Notes: generated by a model from the letters alone, not told the origin. A stretch of DNA of 64,000 nt from an uncultured delta proteobacterium (GCA_963789395.1 CAWBKP010000025.1:59908-123907), one strand, 5' to 3'; shown: positions 10,170-21,314, counted from the first letter of the stretch. Program-made: numbers and translations.

Positions 10170-10347
10170 AAAATTTGAAATCCGATACAACGATCAAACA
10201 TTCATAAAATAGAAATCCGAAGCAGGAAATTCGAAACAATGATCAAACCTGTGTGTTCCATTCATTTTGACATTGGAATTTTGAATTTGTTTCGAATTTC
10301 GATATTCGGATTTCGAATTTATCCGAACGGTTTTCCCGTTCAGACAT
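10170..10347. repeat. MITE-like palindromic element (family A, copy 2, inverted relative to copy 1)
   Basis: Reverse complement shares ctgaa..gaaacaaattcaaaatt and cattgtttcgaatttc(c/g)tgcttcggatttc..ttatgaatgttt with 3218-3447. Confidence 0.75.
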
Positions 10348-10362
10348 CAGCTCCCATACATA

Positions 10363-12441
10363 TCAACCGGATATTTTGGTAAAATCAGCGATCGAATCGA
10401 ACAAAGAACTGATCCGCTCCAAAAGCGTCAGCCGGTTTTTTCGAATTTCCGGGTCTTCTGCCATGACCAGAACCGCCACAAAAAAAGCATCCACGGAGTT
10501 TCGAAGAGAAGCCATGTCCCGGAGTCCCTGGGCGAAATTTCCCTGATTCAGATGTCGGTCCACCTGTTTTTTAACCGTCTGATAGGCGTCATACAGGGCG
10601 GATTCGCAGGGATCCTGGAACAGGGATGTATCGATTCTGGATGAAAACGGAGTATCCGCTTTTTTCACGATGTTGGCCACCCGTTTGAAAGCAATGGCAA
10701 GCGGTTCAAAATCCGGCGCTTTTTTCAAATCTTCAAGAGCGCGAACCCGATTCCAGACATTGGGAATGTGGTCCGAGGAAGCGCTGAGGACTGCGGCAAT
10801 GCTGTCCTTGGCAAAACCCTGTTCCGCCAGTAAAAAAGACATGCGATTCTGGAAAAATGCCTGAACCGAAATCGCGGTTTGCTGAATATGGCCGGCATCG
10901 AATTGATCATAGATGTGAAGGCTGGTTTCAAGAATTTTTGTTAGTGAAAATGAAAAATTTTGATTCAGCATGATCTGAATAACGCCGATAGCCTGTCTGC
11001 GGAGAGCATACGGGTCGGACGCACCGGTCGGGGACAGACCGACACTGAAGCATCCGCACAGACTGTCCACTTTATCGGCGATGCTGAGAATGGAACCCAT
11101 CAGCGTTTCCGGAAGCTGGCCGCCGGATGATGTGGGACGATAGTGCTCTTCGATGGCAATGGCGACGGCTTCGGGTTCTCCGGATTTTTGCGCATAGACC
11201 TTTCCCATGGCGCCCTGAAGTTTCGGAAACTCTACCACCATCTGGGTGACCAGGTCGGCCTTGGACAGCCGGGCGCAGCGGGAAAGCATCTGTATATCAC
11301 CGGCATTCAGCCCGGCTTCAGCGCCGATGAATTCGGCCAGTTTCTGCACGCGAAGGGTTTTATCATAGACAGTACCCAGCTTTGCCTGAAAAAGAACCCC
11401 TTTAAGCCTGTCCACACAGGTATCCAGCGGCGTCTCCAGATCGGCCCGGTAAAAAAACCGGGCGTCGCTCAGCCTGGCCCGCAAGACGCGTTCATGGCCC
11501 TTGGCCACGATGTCCATGTCTTTGGCGCGGGTGTTGTTGACCGCGATAAAACAGGGCATGAGTTTTTCGTTTCGATCAATGACAGCAAAGTATTTTTGAT
11601 GCTCCCGCATGGAGGTGATCAGCACTTTGTCCGGAAGTTCCAGAAAGAGGGGATCAAATTTTCCGGCCACAGCCACCGGGTATTCAACAAGATTGGTGAC
11701 GATGTCGGCCAGTTCATTATCCGGAAACACTTTTCCGCCCAGACGTTTGGCGATTCCGGATATTTCCTTGTTCACCCGCTTTTTTCGTTCCGCCACATCA
11801 ACCAGGACATGGGCGTCTCGCATGGCATCGCCATAGGCCGATGGTTCGGCGATCTTGATTTTGCCGGGGCTCATAAACCGGTGACCCAGTACAAAACGGT
11901 TGCTGGCAATGTTTCCCACGGTAAAGGAAATGACTCTCTCGCCGTATAGTGCAAGGATGGTGTGAATGGGCCTGGTAAACTGAATCCGTAGATCCCCCCA
12001 CTTCATGATTTTGGGAAAAGGCGTGGCCAGGATCAAATCCGGCAGCAGGGTTTTCAGGATAGCCAGGGTGGGCTGACCCTTATCAATCACCTCGGCGCAA
12101 AGATATTTCCCTTTGGGTGTTTCCTTCACGGTCAGTCGATCCATCGGCAGATTGACTTTTTCTGAAAATTTTTCTGCAGCCACGGTTGGCTTGCCTTTTT
12201 CCGTAAACGCCACTTTGACCGGTGGCCCCAGGACTTCCATTTCCAGCGCGGACTGTTTGGGGGCAACGGCCTGGACTTCGACCGCCAGCCGTTTGGGAGT
12301 TCCGTAAGTTCGGGCCTTGCCATACGCAATACGGGCGTCACTCAGCTTTTGAACCAGCGCGGATGACAGAAAGGACAGGGCAGGCTCGATATAGCCGGCC
12401 GGGATTTCTTCGCATCCGATTTCAAGTAAAATCGTATCCAT
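10363..12441 (-). CDS. glyS: Glycine-tRNA ligase beta subunit
   Basis: LLEIGCEEIPA, GTPKRLA, LVEYP, HQKYF, EFPKLQG and PTGASDPYALRR motifs. Confidence 0.97.
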   Translation of the reverse strand: MDTILLEIGCEEIPAGYIEPALSFLSSALVQKLSDARIAYGKARTYGTPKRLAVEVQAVAPKQSALEMEVLGPPVKVAFTEKGKPTVAAEKFSEKVNLPMDRLTVKETPKGKYLCAEVIDKGQPTLAILKTLLPDLILATPFPKIMKWGDLRIQFTRPIHTILALYGERVISFTVGNIASNRFVLGHRFMSPGKIKIAEPSAYGDAMRDAHVLVDVAERKKRVNKEISGIAKRLGGKVFPDNELADIVTNLVEYPVAVAGKFDPLFLELPDKVLITSMREHQKYFAVIDRNEKLMPCFIAVNNTRAKDMDIVAKGHERVLRARLSDARFFYRADLETPLDTCVDRLKGVLFQAKLGTVYDKTLRVQKLAEFIGAEAGLNAGDIQMLSRCARLSKADLVTQMVVEFPKLQGAMGKVYAQKSGEPEAVAIAIEEHYRPTSSGGQLPETLMGSILSIADKVDSLCGCFSVGLSPTGASDPYALRRQAIGVIQIMLNQNFSFSLTKILETSLHIYDQFDAGHIQQTAISVQAFFQNRMSFLLAEQGFAKDSIAAVLSASSDHIPNVWNRVRALEDLKKAPDFEPLAIAFKRVANIVKKADTPFSSRIDTSLFQDPCESALYDAYQTVKKQVDRHLNQGNFAQGLRDMASLRNSVDAFFVAVLVMAEDPEIRKNRLTLLERISSLFDSIADFTKISG

Positions 12442-12450
12442 TTTTCCTCG

Positions 12451-13323
12451 TTATCCTTTTTTCAGAAGGGGGAAGTCCATCGCTTCCCGCTGTTTCAGAT
12501 AGGCTTCAGCGCAGGCCCTGGCCAGGTTCCGGATCCGGGTGATATAGCCGGTTCGTTCGGTGACGCTGATGGCGCCTCTGGCGTCAAGAAGATTGAAGGT
12601 GTGCGAGCATTTGAGGCAGTATTCGTAGGCGGGAAGGACCAGGGACCCGTCGATGATCCGTCTGGATTCAGCCTCATACTGGTTGAAAAGGGAAAAAAGC
12701 ATTTCCACATCCGCGGCTTCAAAATTGTAGGTGGACTGCTCCACTTCCTGCTGGTGGTGGACCTGGCCGTAGGTCACCTCGTTGTTCCATTTCAGGTCAT
12801 AGACATTGTCAACTCCCTGAAGGTACATGGCAAGCCGCTCCAGCCCGTAGGTCAGCTCAACGGATATGGGATGGAGCTCGATGCTGCCGGCCAGCTGGAA
12901 ATACGTGAACTGGGTGACTTCCATGCCGTCCAGCCAGACTTCCCATCCCAGTCCGGATGCGCCCAGCGTGGGGGACTCCCAGTCATCTTCGACAAAGCGG
13001 ATGTCATGGGCCATAGGGTCGATGCCCAGCGCCTTCAGGCTTTGAAGATACAGGTCCTGTACATCGAGCGGGGAGGGTTTGAGCAGCACCTGAAATTGAT
13101 AATAGTGCTGAAGCCGGTTGGGGTTGTCTCCGTAACGGCCGTCCGTGGGCCGCCTGGAAGGCTGGACATAGGCGACATTCCAGGGCTCCGGCCCAAGGGC
13201 CTTTAACAGAGTGAAATGATGAAAGGTTCCGGCCCCTACCTGAAGATCGTAGGGCTGAACCAGAACGCATCCTTTCGCTCCCCAGAATTTCTGCAAATTC
13301 AATATCACATCCTGAAAGTTCAT
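12451..13323 (-). CDS. glyQ: Glycine-tRNA ligase alpha subunit
   Basis: [27 protein letters not shown] and ELTYGLER motifs. Confidence 0.97.
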   Translation of the reverse strand: MNFQDVILNLQKFWGAKGCVLVQPYDLQVGAGTFHHFTLLKALGPEPWNVAYVQPSRRPTDGRYGDNPNRLQHYYQFQVLLKPSPLDVQDLYLQSLKALGIDPMAHDIRFVEDDWESPTLGASGLGWEVWLDGMEVTQFTYFQLAGSIELHPISVELTYGLERLAMYLQGVDNVYDLKWNNEVTYGQVHHQQEVEQSTYNFEAADVEMLFSLFNQYEAESRRIIDGSLVLPAYEYCLKCSHTFNLLDARGAISVTERTGYITRIRNLARACAEAYLKQREAMDFPLLKKG

Positions 13324-13601
13324 TGTTATCCTCACGGTTAATCGAAGAAAAAGTTCTGAAAAACTGAATGTCAACGTGACTATAAATGATTAAACCATTA
13401 ATCTATATTTATCTGCCGACTTTTTCAACTGCATATCTTTATCATTCTGTCATAAATCGATTATGGATAAAACAGATTTATTCCCCGTCGGTTCTTAAAA
13501 TCAGTGCTCGGTTCCGGCGTAGATCCACATGGGTTCGGTCTTTCCGGCTTCGGGCGCATAACGCCGCCATGGATTAGACGCTTATTACAACGATAAAAAT
13601 A

Positions 13602-13650
13602 AAGGGTCGTGTATCAACCTGTTCTGGAACAAAGTTGATACGCGACCCTT
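13602..13650 (-). terminator. Rho-independent terminator downstream of carbonic anhydrase
   Basis: aagggtcgtgtatcaac/gttgatacgcgaccctt 17-bp stem followed by a T-rich tract on the minus strand. Confidence 0.7.
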
Positions 13651-13677
13651 GCCGAAATATGATGTTCTGTGTCAATC

Positions 13678-14406
13678 CTACTTGAACAGCGTTACCACGC
13701 CGTCATCCAGGTCATACTTGGCGGCCACGATCTTTATTTTTTTCGCATCGGCCAGATGCTTGAGAATCGCGGATTTCCGTGTCAGGGTGGCAGCCACGGT
13801 TTTGGCATTGGCATCGATCACGCATTCCACAAACTCGCTTTTCCGGGTTTCAGCGCATTTTTTCTCGCCCTTGCAGGCTGCGCAATCCTTGGCGGCCAAT
13901 TTGATGTTGGGTTCAATGACCTTCACGATGGCATCGATGTTGACGCTTCCGGTGCTCTTGCCTTTTGCGTCCACAGAGGCTGTTACCGCTCCGCAGCGCT
14001 CATGTCCCAGCACCATGATCAGGGGAGATCCCAGATGCTCGGCGGCATATTCGATGCTTCCGAGAACGACCGGATCCGGGATGTTTCCGGCAACGCGTAT
14101 CACAAAAATCTCACCCAGACCTTTATCGAAAATAATTTCCGGCGGCACCCGGGAATCCGAACAGGTGAGGATGATGGCATAGGGTTTCTGGGATTTGGCC
14201 AGCGATGTGCGGGTGGCGGCGTCGCTCATCGCGGCGTTTGTCAGCCTGTTTCCGACAAATTGCTTGTTGCCGTCCATCAGTTTTTGCAGCGCCTCGTCCG
14301 GCAGACATGCCGGCTCCGCTTCCCGGGGTTGAGAACGCGATCCCTGCTGCAAGGCGACGAATCCAACGGTTGCCACAACGGCTCTCATCATGCTTTTCCT
14401 TGTCAT
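13678..14406 (-). CDS. Beta-class carbonic anhydrase with N-terminal signal peptide
   Basis: CSDSRV, RVAGN, GSIEYA and GHERCGAV zinc-site motifs; RBS aaggag before ATG 14406. Confidence 0.92.
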   Translation of the reverse strand: MTRKSMMRAVVATVGFVALQQGSRSQPREAEPACLPDEALQKLMDGNKQFVGNRLTNAAMSDAATRTSLAKSQKPYAIILTCSDSRVPPEIIFDKGLGEIFVIRVAGNIPDPVVLGSIEYAAEHLGSPLIMVLGHERCGAVTASVDAKGKSTGSVNIDAIVKVIEPNIKLAAKDCAACKGEKKCAETRKSEFVECVIDANAKTVAATLTRKSAILKHLADAKKIKIVAAKYDLDDGVVTLFK

Positions 14407-14476
14407 ATCGCGTATCTCCTTTGTTGAATTGTCCTCTATTTCGGGTTGAATATGAAGCAATTGACAGCAAGGTTCA

Positions 14477-15540
14477 TCAAGGTGATTCCACAATCAACCC
14501 ATTCGGATCGATCCGGACATCCAGAAGATGTGCCTGCGGGTTTTGCGTCAGAAATTTTCTCCCAGTCGTTTCGAAGCAGATCCATGGGGCCGGTTTCCCC
14601 GATGGCCCAGATGCAGCCGCCGCCTCCGGCCCCTGTAAACCGGCCGCCGCAGTTTCGATGAATGGCCGCCTGAATGAGCTTGATGCCCATGTCATCCAGA
14701 ACATCCGGAGTCATTTGCCGGCGGACGGCGGTTTCCAGATTCATGATGTCCGCGGCCTGCTGATACTTACGGTCACGGAGAGCTTCGGCAAACCGGTGGG
14801 TGTGATCCACGATGGACAGCCATTCTTTCCGGGTGGCGCCTGCAATAAACTGGTCCACCCATATGCGGTTGATCTGCCGGGACTCGTGTGGAATGCCGCA
14901 ATAGGCCACGAGTATGTGACGGAAAAAAGTCATCATGAAAGGGTTTGGTGACCAAAACTTTTCGCCGGAATCCGCCGGCGTTCAGGGCATTTTCCCAGTA
15001 CCAGGCATTGACGCCGCCATAGGCGGCTGCCAGTTGATCCTGAAATCCGCAGGGCACGCCGGCCACACTTTCTTCAATGGCATGTGCCAGCAGAACAATC
15101 TGTTTGCGGGTCAGGCGCTTTTGACCGGCCTTTTCCTGAAGCCGGGACAGGGCCGCAACCAGGGCAATGGCTGCGGCTGAAGATCCGCCCAGGGCGCTTC
15201 GGGGCGGAGATGCCGAATCGATATCGATATGGATGCCGCCGACACCGAAATAAGCGGCAATGGCAAACATCAGACCCAGAGGATGGTTGTACGGCGCGGC
15301 ATCTTCTGGAAAGGAGACGCTTTCAAAGCCGGTGGAACTCACTTTTACCTGGCCCTGAAGATAGGGGTGAATCCGGACCCGGGTTCTCAAGTTGATTGCG
15401 GCATTGACCGTGCAGGGGGACAGGCGTCTGAGCGGCAGATGGAAAGTCTTGATATCGAGCGTGCCGCCCATGTCGATCCGGCAGGGAGCGGATGCTGCGA
15501 TCGGCGCGGATTCCAGAATATTTCGATAAATGTCATGCAT
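14477..15540 (-). CDS. GHMP-family sugar kinase (HddA-like), frameshifted
   Basis: SAPCRIDMGG, PPRSALGGSS, QDQLAAAYGG and GAGGGG motifs spread over three frames. Confidence 0.82.
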
Positions 15541-15544
15541 GAAT

Positions 15545-16327
15545 TTACTCCGAGGTTCCCAGCTCTTTCCGGAACTGGCGCAGAACCGAAAGGCTCCTGG
15601 GTTCTTTCCCGAGATGATAGGGAACAAATGCTTCCAGAAAGCCGAGACTTTCCTGAATGGACTGAGTGGAAAGCCGGGCTCTGGCAATTTTGCTCCAGTC
15701 CCCGCATCCCATCCACTGCAGCTGCTTGATCGTCCCCCTGGACAGATAGACCATTGGTGAAACAGCACGATTGCAGGCAGAACAAATCACGCCGCCTCTG
15801 GCAAAATTAATTCCGATCCGGCATCCATTCAGGCAATCCATTTCGGTATGGCAAAGGCAGCAGGTGCTGAAATTGGGAGAGAACCCCGAAATGATCATCA
15901 ACGTCATTTGAAACACGATGCTCAGCAGTTCATCCTGCAGATCGCTTCGGTCCAGCCTGTCCAGTACCTGGTACAGCAGATCGAATGCCCGGGGCTGGGC
16001 CACGTCCGCCTCCATCCAGTTATTGAGAATCTCCGCAAAATAACTGGCATAGGCTGTTTTCTTGAAATCCGAACGTATCCGGGAAAACGGATGCCGGAGG
16101 GTTGCTTCCTGAAGTACAGGCAGGCGGCCCTTGCCGGTTGAGCAAACCATATCGCACGCAGAGAACAGATCCAGTACACCGCAAAACCGCTTCCTGCTTT
16201 TTCTGGCGGATTTGGCAATCAGGGAGATTTTGCCGCGGGTCAGGGAAAAAACCGTCAAAATCAGATCATCCTCACCAAAATCAACCCGTCTGAGCAAAAT
16301 AGCAGGTGTGGTAAAACAGATTGCCAT
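15545..16327 (-). CDS. recO: DNA repair protein RecO
   Basis: DFGEDDLIL, AKSARKSRKRF; CxxC...CxxC zinc finger. Confidence 0.93.
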   Translation of the reverse strand: MAICFTTPAILLRRVDFGEDDLILTVFSLTRGKISLIAKSARKSRKRFCGVLDLFSACDMVCSTGKGRLPVLQEATLRHPFSRIRSDFKKTAYASYFAEILNNWMEADVAQPRAFDLLYQVLDRLDRSDLQDELLSIVFQMTLMIISGFSPNFSTCCLCHTEMDCLNGCRIGINFARGGVICSACNRAVSPMVYLSRGTIKQLQWMGCGDWSKIARARLSTQSIQESLGFLEAFVPYHLGKEPRSLSVLRQFRKELGTSE

Positions 16328-16355
16328 AACCCGTCACGCTCTGACGCCTTCCCGC

Positions 16356-17372
16356 CTACAAAATGATTTTAACGTGAGATCGGGATCGCAGCTCTTGCAG
16401 CCATTTTGTAAATTTCTGATCCACAATTTCCTTGTACAATTTGTTTTCGATTTCAGCAGAGGCCTCTTCAACCGTTTTGGTGGCGGTTTTTGCCTTATCC
16501 AGAAGACGAAAAATCTGAGGTCCGAAATCGGTTTCAATGATTTCTGAATACTGGCCAGGCGTCATCTCTTTCACGGCATCACGGATTTTTGGATCCAGGC
16601 TGGAAAGGGAAAATGTTCCCAGTTCACCCCCGATAACCTTGACAGCGCTGCTGGAAAAATCCTGGATAACCGCTTCGATCGATTTGCCTGCTCTGAGTTC
16701 CTGAAGGATTTCCGCCATTTTCTGTTGGGCTTGCATGCGGGTGGAATAATCCGGGGTTTCCGGGTATCGAATCATGACATTGGCAAGATGATATTTTTCC
16801 TCGAACCCGTAAAGTTCAGGATGCGCATCATAGTAAGCCTTGACGTCTTCCTTGGTAATGACAACCTTGGATTTGATTTCCCGATTGACCAGATTGGATC
16901 TTAATATATGCTCTCTGGTTTTTTTGCGGTATTCCTCATAAGTAATCCCTTCTTTTGCCAGCGCCTGCCGGAAGGCTTCGTCGGTAAGTGAATTGCTTTG
17001 CTTGACCCGCTCGAGGGCATTATCCACATCCTTATCCGATGTCGTAATTTTGTACCGGGCGATTTCCTGATCGGTTAATTGCTGATCGATCATTTGATTG
17101 AGAACATCCTCCCTAACCTTGAAAATCATCTGGTGTTCCTTGTCCGGCGGGTATCCCATGGCAGTGATTTTCTCAATATAGGGTTTAAGCTGGTTGTTGA
17201 GATCATTCAGGGTAATCACGTCGTTGTTAACAACAGCCACAATCCGGTCGATCACTTCAGCTCCGATGGCCGGCTGCGGGAACCACCGGACAACCGGTAT
17301 CACACTGGCGGCGATTATCGCCAGCAGGGGAAATTGTCGCTTTATAAATCGGTGAATGATATTCTGGGTCAT
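16356..17372 (-). CDS. SurA-like peptidyl-prolyl isomerase/chaperone
   Basis: IDRIVAVVNNDVIT; parvulin-like GGELG..YSEIIETDFG; located after mfd. Confidence 0.88.
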   Translation of the reverse strand: MTQNIIHRFIKRQFPLLAIIAASVIPVVRWFPQPAIGAEVIDRIVAVVNNDVITLNDLNNQLKPYIEKITAMGYPPDKEHQMIFKVREDVLNQMIDQQLTDQEIARYKITTSDKDVDNALERVKQSNSLTDEAFRQALAKEGITYEEYRKKTREHILRSNLVNREIKSKVVITKEDVKAYYDAHPELYGFEEKYHLANVMIRYPETPDYSTRMQAQQKMAEILQELRAGKSIEAVIQDFSSSAVKVIGGELGTFSLSSLDPKIRDAVKEMTPGQYSEIIETDFGPQIFRLLDKAKTATKTVEEASAEIENKLYKEIVDQKFTKWLQELRSRSHVKIIL

Positions 17373-17394
17373 GATGGCTTGCCTGCTCCTTAAA

Positions 17395-17550
17395 AGTCAA
17401 AATGGGATGGCTATGTTAAAGTCTCCAGATGCAAGGTGCGCACACGGTAGCTTCCGGCGACAATCCTGTCATTGCGGCGTACGTGACAGTACGCATCACA
17501 GACAATGAATGAAGTGCAGCGCTGCAGATGGACTTTTTACAAACCCTTCA
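17395..17550. repeat. Palindromic intergenic element (family C)
   Basis: agtcaaaatgggatggc also found at 22710-22727 and inverted at 4641-4657; internal gcgtac/gtacgc palindrome; imperfect terminal IRs. Confidence 0.6.
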
Positions 17551-20500
17551 ATTGTTAACACGCTGACCAATCTCTTTCAAGATGTTTTTGGTTTCCGACA
17601 GCAGCGCGCTGAAATGGTGTTTGTCCAGATGCACTTTCAATACATGGTCGGGGGTGAATTCAAATCGTCGTTTTTCCGAAACGATCATGTCCACGATGCC
17701 GAACGGATTTTTCTGGTGCGCCTCGGAGAATCTCAGGTGAAGCTGTTGGCCGAAAAGATCCAGCCGCTTGACTCCAGCGGCAATGCAAAGCACCTTAAGC
17801 ATCATTTTCAGCAGCAGATTGGCGGCCTCGTCAGGCAGGGGACCGAATCGATCGACCATTTCTTTTTTGTAATCCGATATCTCGGCCAGGCTGGTCATTT
17901 TCGCCAGCCGCCGGTATGCCACCAGCCGCTGATCGATATCCATAATATAGGTTTCCGGGATAAAAGCGCTTAAGGTGATCTGGATATCCGGCTCCAGGCT
18001 TTCCAAGATCGGCTCGCCCTTGATCTCGCACATGGCTTCTTCCATAAGTTTTAAAAACATGTCGTAGCCGACGGCGGCGATATGGCCCGACTGGGAGGCG
18101 CCCAGAATCGTTCCGCCCCCCCTTATTTTCAGATCGCTCATTGCGATTTGAAAACCGGAGCCCAGATCACTGTGCTCCATGAGCACCTTCAGCCGCTTTA
18201 ATGCGTCCGGATTCAGGGTGTGCTCTGCCGGAATAAACAAGTAGGCATAGGCCTGTTCATCGGAGCGGCCCACGCGGCCGCGAAGCTGATAAATCTGGGA
18301 TAGTCCGAAACGGTCTGCCCGGTTGACCAGCATGGTGTTGGCCGAAGGAATGTCCAGGCCGGATTCGATAATGGTGGTGCAGACCAGCAGGTCCAGCTCT
18401 TTTTTGGTGAACCGCAGCATGACATCCTCCAGTTCGTCACTGCTCATGCGCCCGTGCGCCACATCCAGCCGAGCTTCCGGAACCAGTTGTTTCAGGTGAT
18501 CGGCCATGGACCAGATGGTGTGAATATTGTTGTGAACAAAATAGATCTGGCCTTTTCGCTCCAGCTCTTTTCGGATGGCTTCTGTGACCACGGTGTCGTC
18601 AAATTCTGAAATAAAGGTTGCGATCGGCTGGCGATGCTCCGGCGGGGTGGAGATGATGCTGATATCCCGGACCCCCATCATGGACATGTGAAGGGTCCGC
18701 GGGATCGGCGTGGCCGTCAGCGCCAGGACATCTACGTTGTGTTTGAATTTTTTCAGTTTTTCCTTGTGTTTGACCCCGAAGCGCTGTTCTTCATCCAGAA
18801 CGATCAGCCCCAGATCCTTAAAGCCGATATCCTTTTGCAGCAGGCGGTGGGTGCCGATCACGATATCAACGGTTCCGGTCTTGAGCTCTTCGATAATGCC
18901 TTTTTGCTCCTTGGCGCTTCTAAACCGGCTCAGGCAAGCAACCCGGACCGGATACCGCCTGAACCGGCTGGAAAACGTTTCAAAATGCTGTTCGGCCAGC
19001 ACGGTGGTGGGAACCAGCACCGCAACCTGTTTGCTGTTGTTGACGGCCAGAAAGGAGGCCCGAAGGGCAACTTCGGTTTTTCCGTATCCCACATCCCCGC
19101 AAACGAGCCGGTCCATCGGGGCAGGGGACTGCATGTCCTGCAGGACATCGTCGATGGCGTGCAGTTGATCCGGGGTTTCCTCATAGGAAAAGCTGGCTTC
19201 AAAATCGTGAAAATAGCTGTCGATGCCTGAAAATGAAATGCCGGGGGCCACTTTCCGACTGGCATAGAGCTTTAAAAGCTCGCCGGCAATTTTCTCGACA
19301 GACTGTTTGACCTGTTTTTTGACCCGGTCCCAGGATTTTCCCCCCATTTTATCCAGAACCGGCGCTACGCCGTCCACGCCCAGGTATTTCTGAATCATGT
19401 TCATCCGGACCACCGGCAGATAGAGCTTGTCCGCGTCCCGGTAGGTGATGAGCAGAAAATCATTGGTGGCTCCGTCAACAATCAGCTTCATCAGTCCTTC
19501 GTACTGGCCGATGCCGTGATCGCTGTGAACCACCAGATCCCCTCTTTTCAGTTCCCCGAAGATGATCTGTTCGGTGTGGATTTTTGACGCGGGCAGGCGC
19601 TTTCTGTGATGCTTGCGGCCGAATATCTCGTCTTCGGAAATAATGGCAAGCGCTTGATCCGGCCACACAAAACCGGCGGAAACGTGTCCGAGGCAGGCAT
19701 AGACCCGGCCCTTCCCAGAGTGCAGGTCTGATGGCATGCCGCTTGCCAGTTTTAGCTGAATCCCGTAAGGCTGCATCAGGGCGGAAAGCCGTTCTGCCTG
19801 GGACCGGGTGCTGCAGACGATCAGGGTCGTAACCCCCTGCTCTTTTTTATTATTTACCCACTGAGCCAGCGGCAGCAGAAGCTGTTCGGCGTCACGCTGA
19901 GCAGCCAGTTGCTCCTGGATATCTGCATTGTTTTCAACTGAAAACGCCACGGCTGAAAAATGTTGAGGTGTTGTGGTCGGCAGAACCAGTGATGTTTGCC
20001 GCAGGACCAGCGGAAGGCGCTCAAGAATTGCTGGATATGCAGCATCCCAGGTTTCATGCAGGGCCTCTGGTGCCACGCACAAGGCGCCGTTTTTCCGCGA
20101 CGTCATGTATTGCCGGACGGTTTTGTCATGAAATGCCAGAGCGGATTTCTCAAGTTCAGCCGGTTCCACCATCACGAACAAGGCATCTTGCGGCGCATAG
20201 TCCAAAAGATTGTCCATTGCGGGATAAAACAGCGGGGTCAAAAATTCAATGCCCGGAAAAACGCCTTCATTTTTGATGCGCGCCACCAGATCCCGGATGG
20301 TTGTGACCGGCAGCTCCAGAACCGATGCCTGCTCCCGGATGCGGCCAATGACAGTCTCGATGGATTCCATTTTGATAATGGCTTCCCGCGCGGGAATGAT
20401 GATGGCCTCGGCGATGTTTTTGATCGTGCGCTGGGTGGATGCGGAAAAAAAACGGATGGATTCCACGCTGTCGCCATAAAGCTCGATCCGCAAAGGGTCT

Positions 20501-21063
20501 GTGTACAGCGGGGAGAACACATCCAGAATCCCCCCCCGGATGCAGTAGTCTCCGGGCTCTTCAACGATCATCGTCCGAACGTAGCCGCCGGAAACCATTT
20601 TCTCCACCAGCCGATCCAGGCTGATTTCTTCATTTTCCATCAATAGCTCCGAATAATTACAGAGCTCCTGCCTGGGAATGAGTTTTTGGAGCAGGCCTTC
20701 AATGGGCGCGATCACAATTGGCGGGGAGGTGGCATAAATAAGTTGATACAGCGCGGCAATCCGTTTGGTCGATGCCTCGCTGTGACTGGACAGGGATTTG
20801 TACGCCCCGGCTGCTGACGCCGGGAAAAAACTGACGGGCAGCGGTGTCCTGCCCGCATAAAAATCCATATCCGCCATCAACTGCTGGGCTTCTTTGGATG
20901 ACGACGTCACGATGATCATCGGCAGGGGATGGTATTGGTACAGGGAAGTACACAAATAAGCCAGCTGGGAAGCGAAAATTCCGGTGCATTCAATACGCTG
21001 ATTTCTATAGAGAATGGCATCCATCAGGGAATGGAGTCCATTTTTTTCTTGATTTTGAAACAT
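17548..21063 (-). CDS. mfd: Transcription-repair coupling factor
   Basis: RGGILDVF, VVHSDHGIG, CGDVGYGKT, DEEQRFG, TATPIPRT and QLRGRVGR motifs; TRCF C-terminus. Confidence 0.97.
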   Translation of the reverse strand: MFQNQEKNGLHSLMDAILYRNQRIECTGIFASQLAYLCTSLYQYHPLPMIIVTSSSKEAQQLMADMDFYAGRTPLPVSFFPASAAGAYKSLSSHSEASTKRIAALYQLIYATSPPIVIAPIEGLLQKLIPRQELCNYSELLMENEEISLDRLVEKMVSGGYVRTMIVEEPGDYCIRGGILDVFSPLYTDPLRIELYGDSVESIRFFSASTQRTIKNIAEAIIIPAREAIIKMESIETVIGRIREQASVLELPVTTIRDLVARIKNEGVFPGIEFLTPLFYPAMDNLLDYAPQDALFVMVEPAELEKSALAFHDKTVRQYMTSRKNGALCVAPEALHETWDAAYPAILERLPLVLRQTSLVLPTTTPQHFSAVAFSVENNADIQEQLAAQRDAEQLLLPLAQWVNNKKEQGVTTLIVCSTRSQAERLSALMQPYGIQLKLASGMPSDLHSGKGRVYACLGHVSAGFVWPDQALAIISEDEIFGRKHHRKRLPASKIHTEQIIFGELKRGDLVVHSDHGIGQYEGLMKLIVDGATNDFLLITYRDADKLYLPVVRMNMIQKYLGVDGVAPVLDKMGGKSWDRVKKQVKQSVEKIAGELLKLYASRKVAPGISFSGIDSYFHDFEASFSYEETPDQLHAIDDVLQDMQSPAPMDRLVCGDVGYGKTEVALRASFLAVNNSKQVAVLVPTTVLAEQHFETFSSRFRRYPVRVACLSRFRSAKEQKGIIEELKTGTVDIVIGTHRLLQKDIGFKDLGLIVLDEEQRFGVKHKEKLKKFKHNVDVLALTATPIPRTLHMSMMGVRDISIISTPPEHRQPIATFISEFDDTVVTEAIRKELERKGQIYFVHNNIHTIWSMADHLKQLVPEARLDVAHGRMSSDELEDVMLRFTKKELDLLVCTTIIESGLDIPSANTMLVNRADRFGLSQIYQLRGRVGRSDEQAYAYLFIPAEHTLNPDALKRLKVLMEHSDLGSGFQIAMSDLKIRGGGTILGASQSGHIAAVGYDMFLKLMEEAMCEIKGEPILESLEPDIQITLSAFIPETYIMDIDQRLVAYRRLAKMTSLAEISDYKKEMVDRFGPLPDEAANLLLKMMLKVLCIAAGVKRLDLFGQQLHLRFSEAHQKNPFGIVDMIVSEKRRFEFTPDHVLKVHLDKHHFSALLSETKNILKEIGQRVNN

Positions 21064-21173
21064 AAAAACAGTATCCAATCGCGATAAATCGAAAAAGACC
21101 ATAAATGGTATGGCAAAGTAGAAAGTTCAATCTCAACTTAGAGACCGGGCATTTTACAAAGCCATCCGTGCCG

Positions 21174-21249
21174 GCCGGCGTAGCTCAGTTGGTAGAGCAG
21201 CTGATTCGTAATCAGCAGGTCAGCGGTTCAAGTCCGCTCGCCGGCTCCA
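21174..21249 (+). tRNA. tRNA-Thr(CGT)
   Basis: 76-nt cloverleaf: gccggcg/cgccggc acceptor stem, tagctcagttggtagagc D arm, anticodon arm gctga-tt-cgt-aa-tcagc, ggttcaagtcc T arm, encoded CCA. Confidence 0.97.
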
Positions 21250-21276
21250 TAAAAACTATAAATCTATCATTCCGTT

Positions 21277-21314
21277 AAAAGCTTTTCAAGTTCTAATCTT
21301 GGAAAGCTTTTTTT
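21277..21314 (+). terminator. Terminator after tRNA-Thr
   Basis: aaaagcttttcaag/cttggaaagctttt stem followed by a T tract. Confidence 0.6.
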
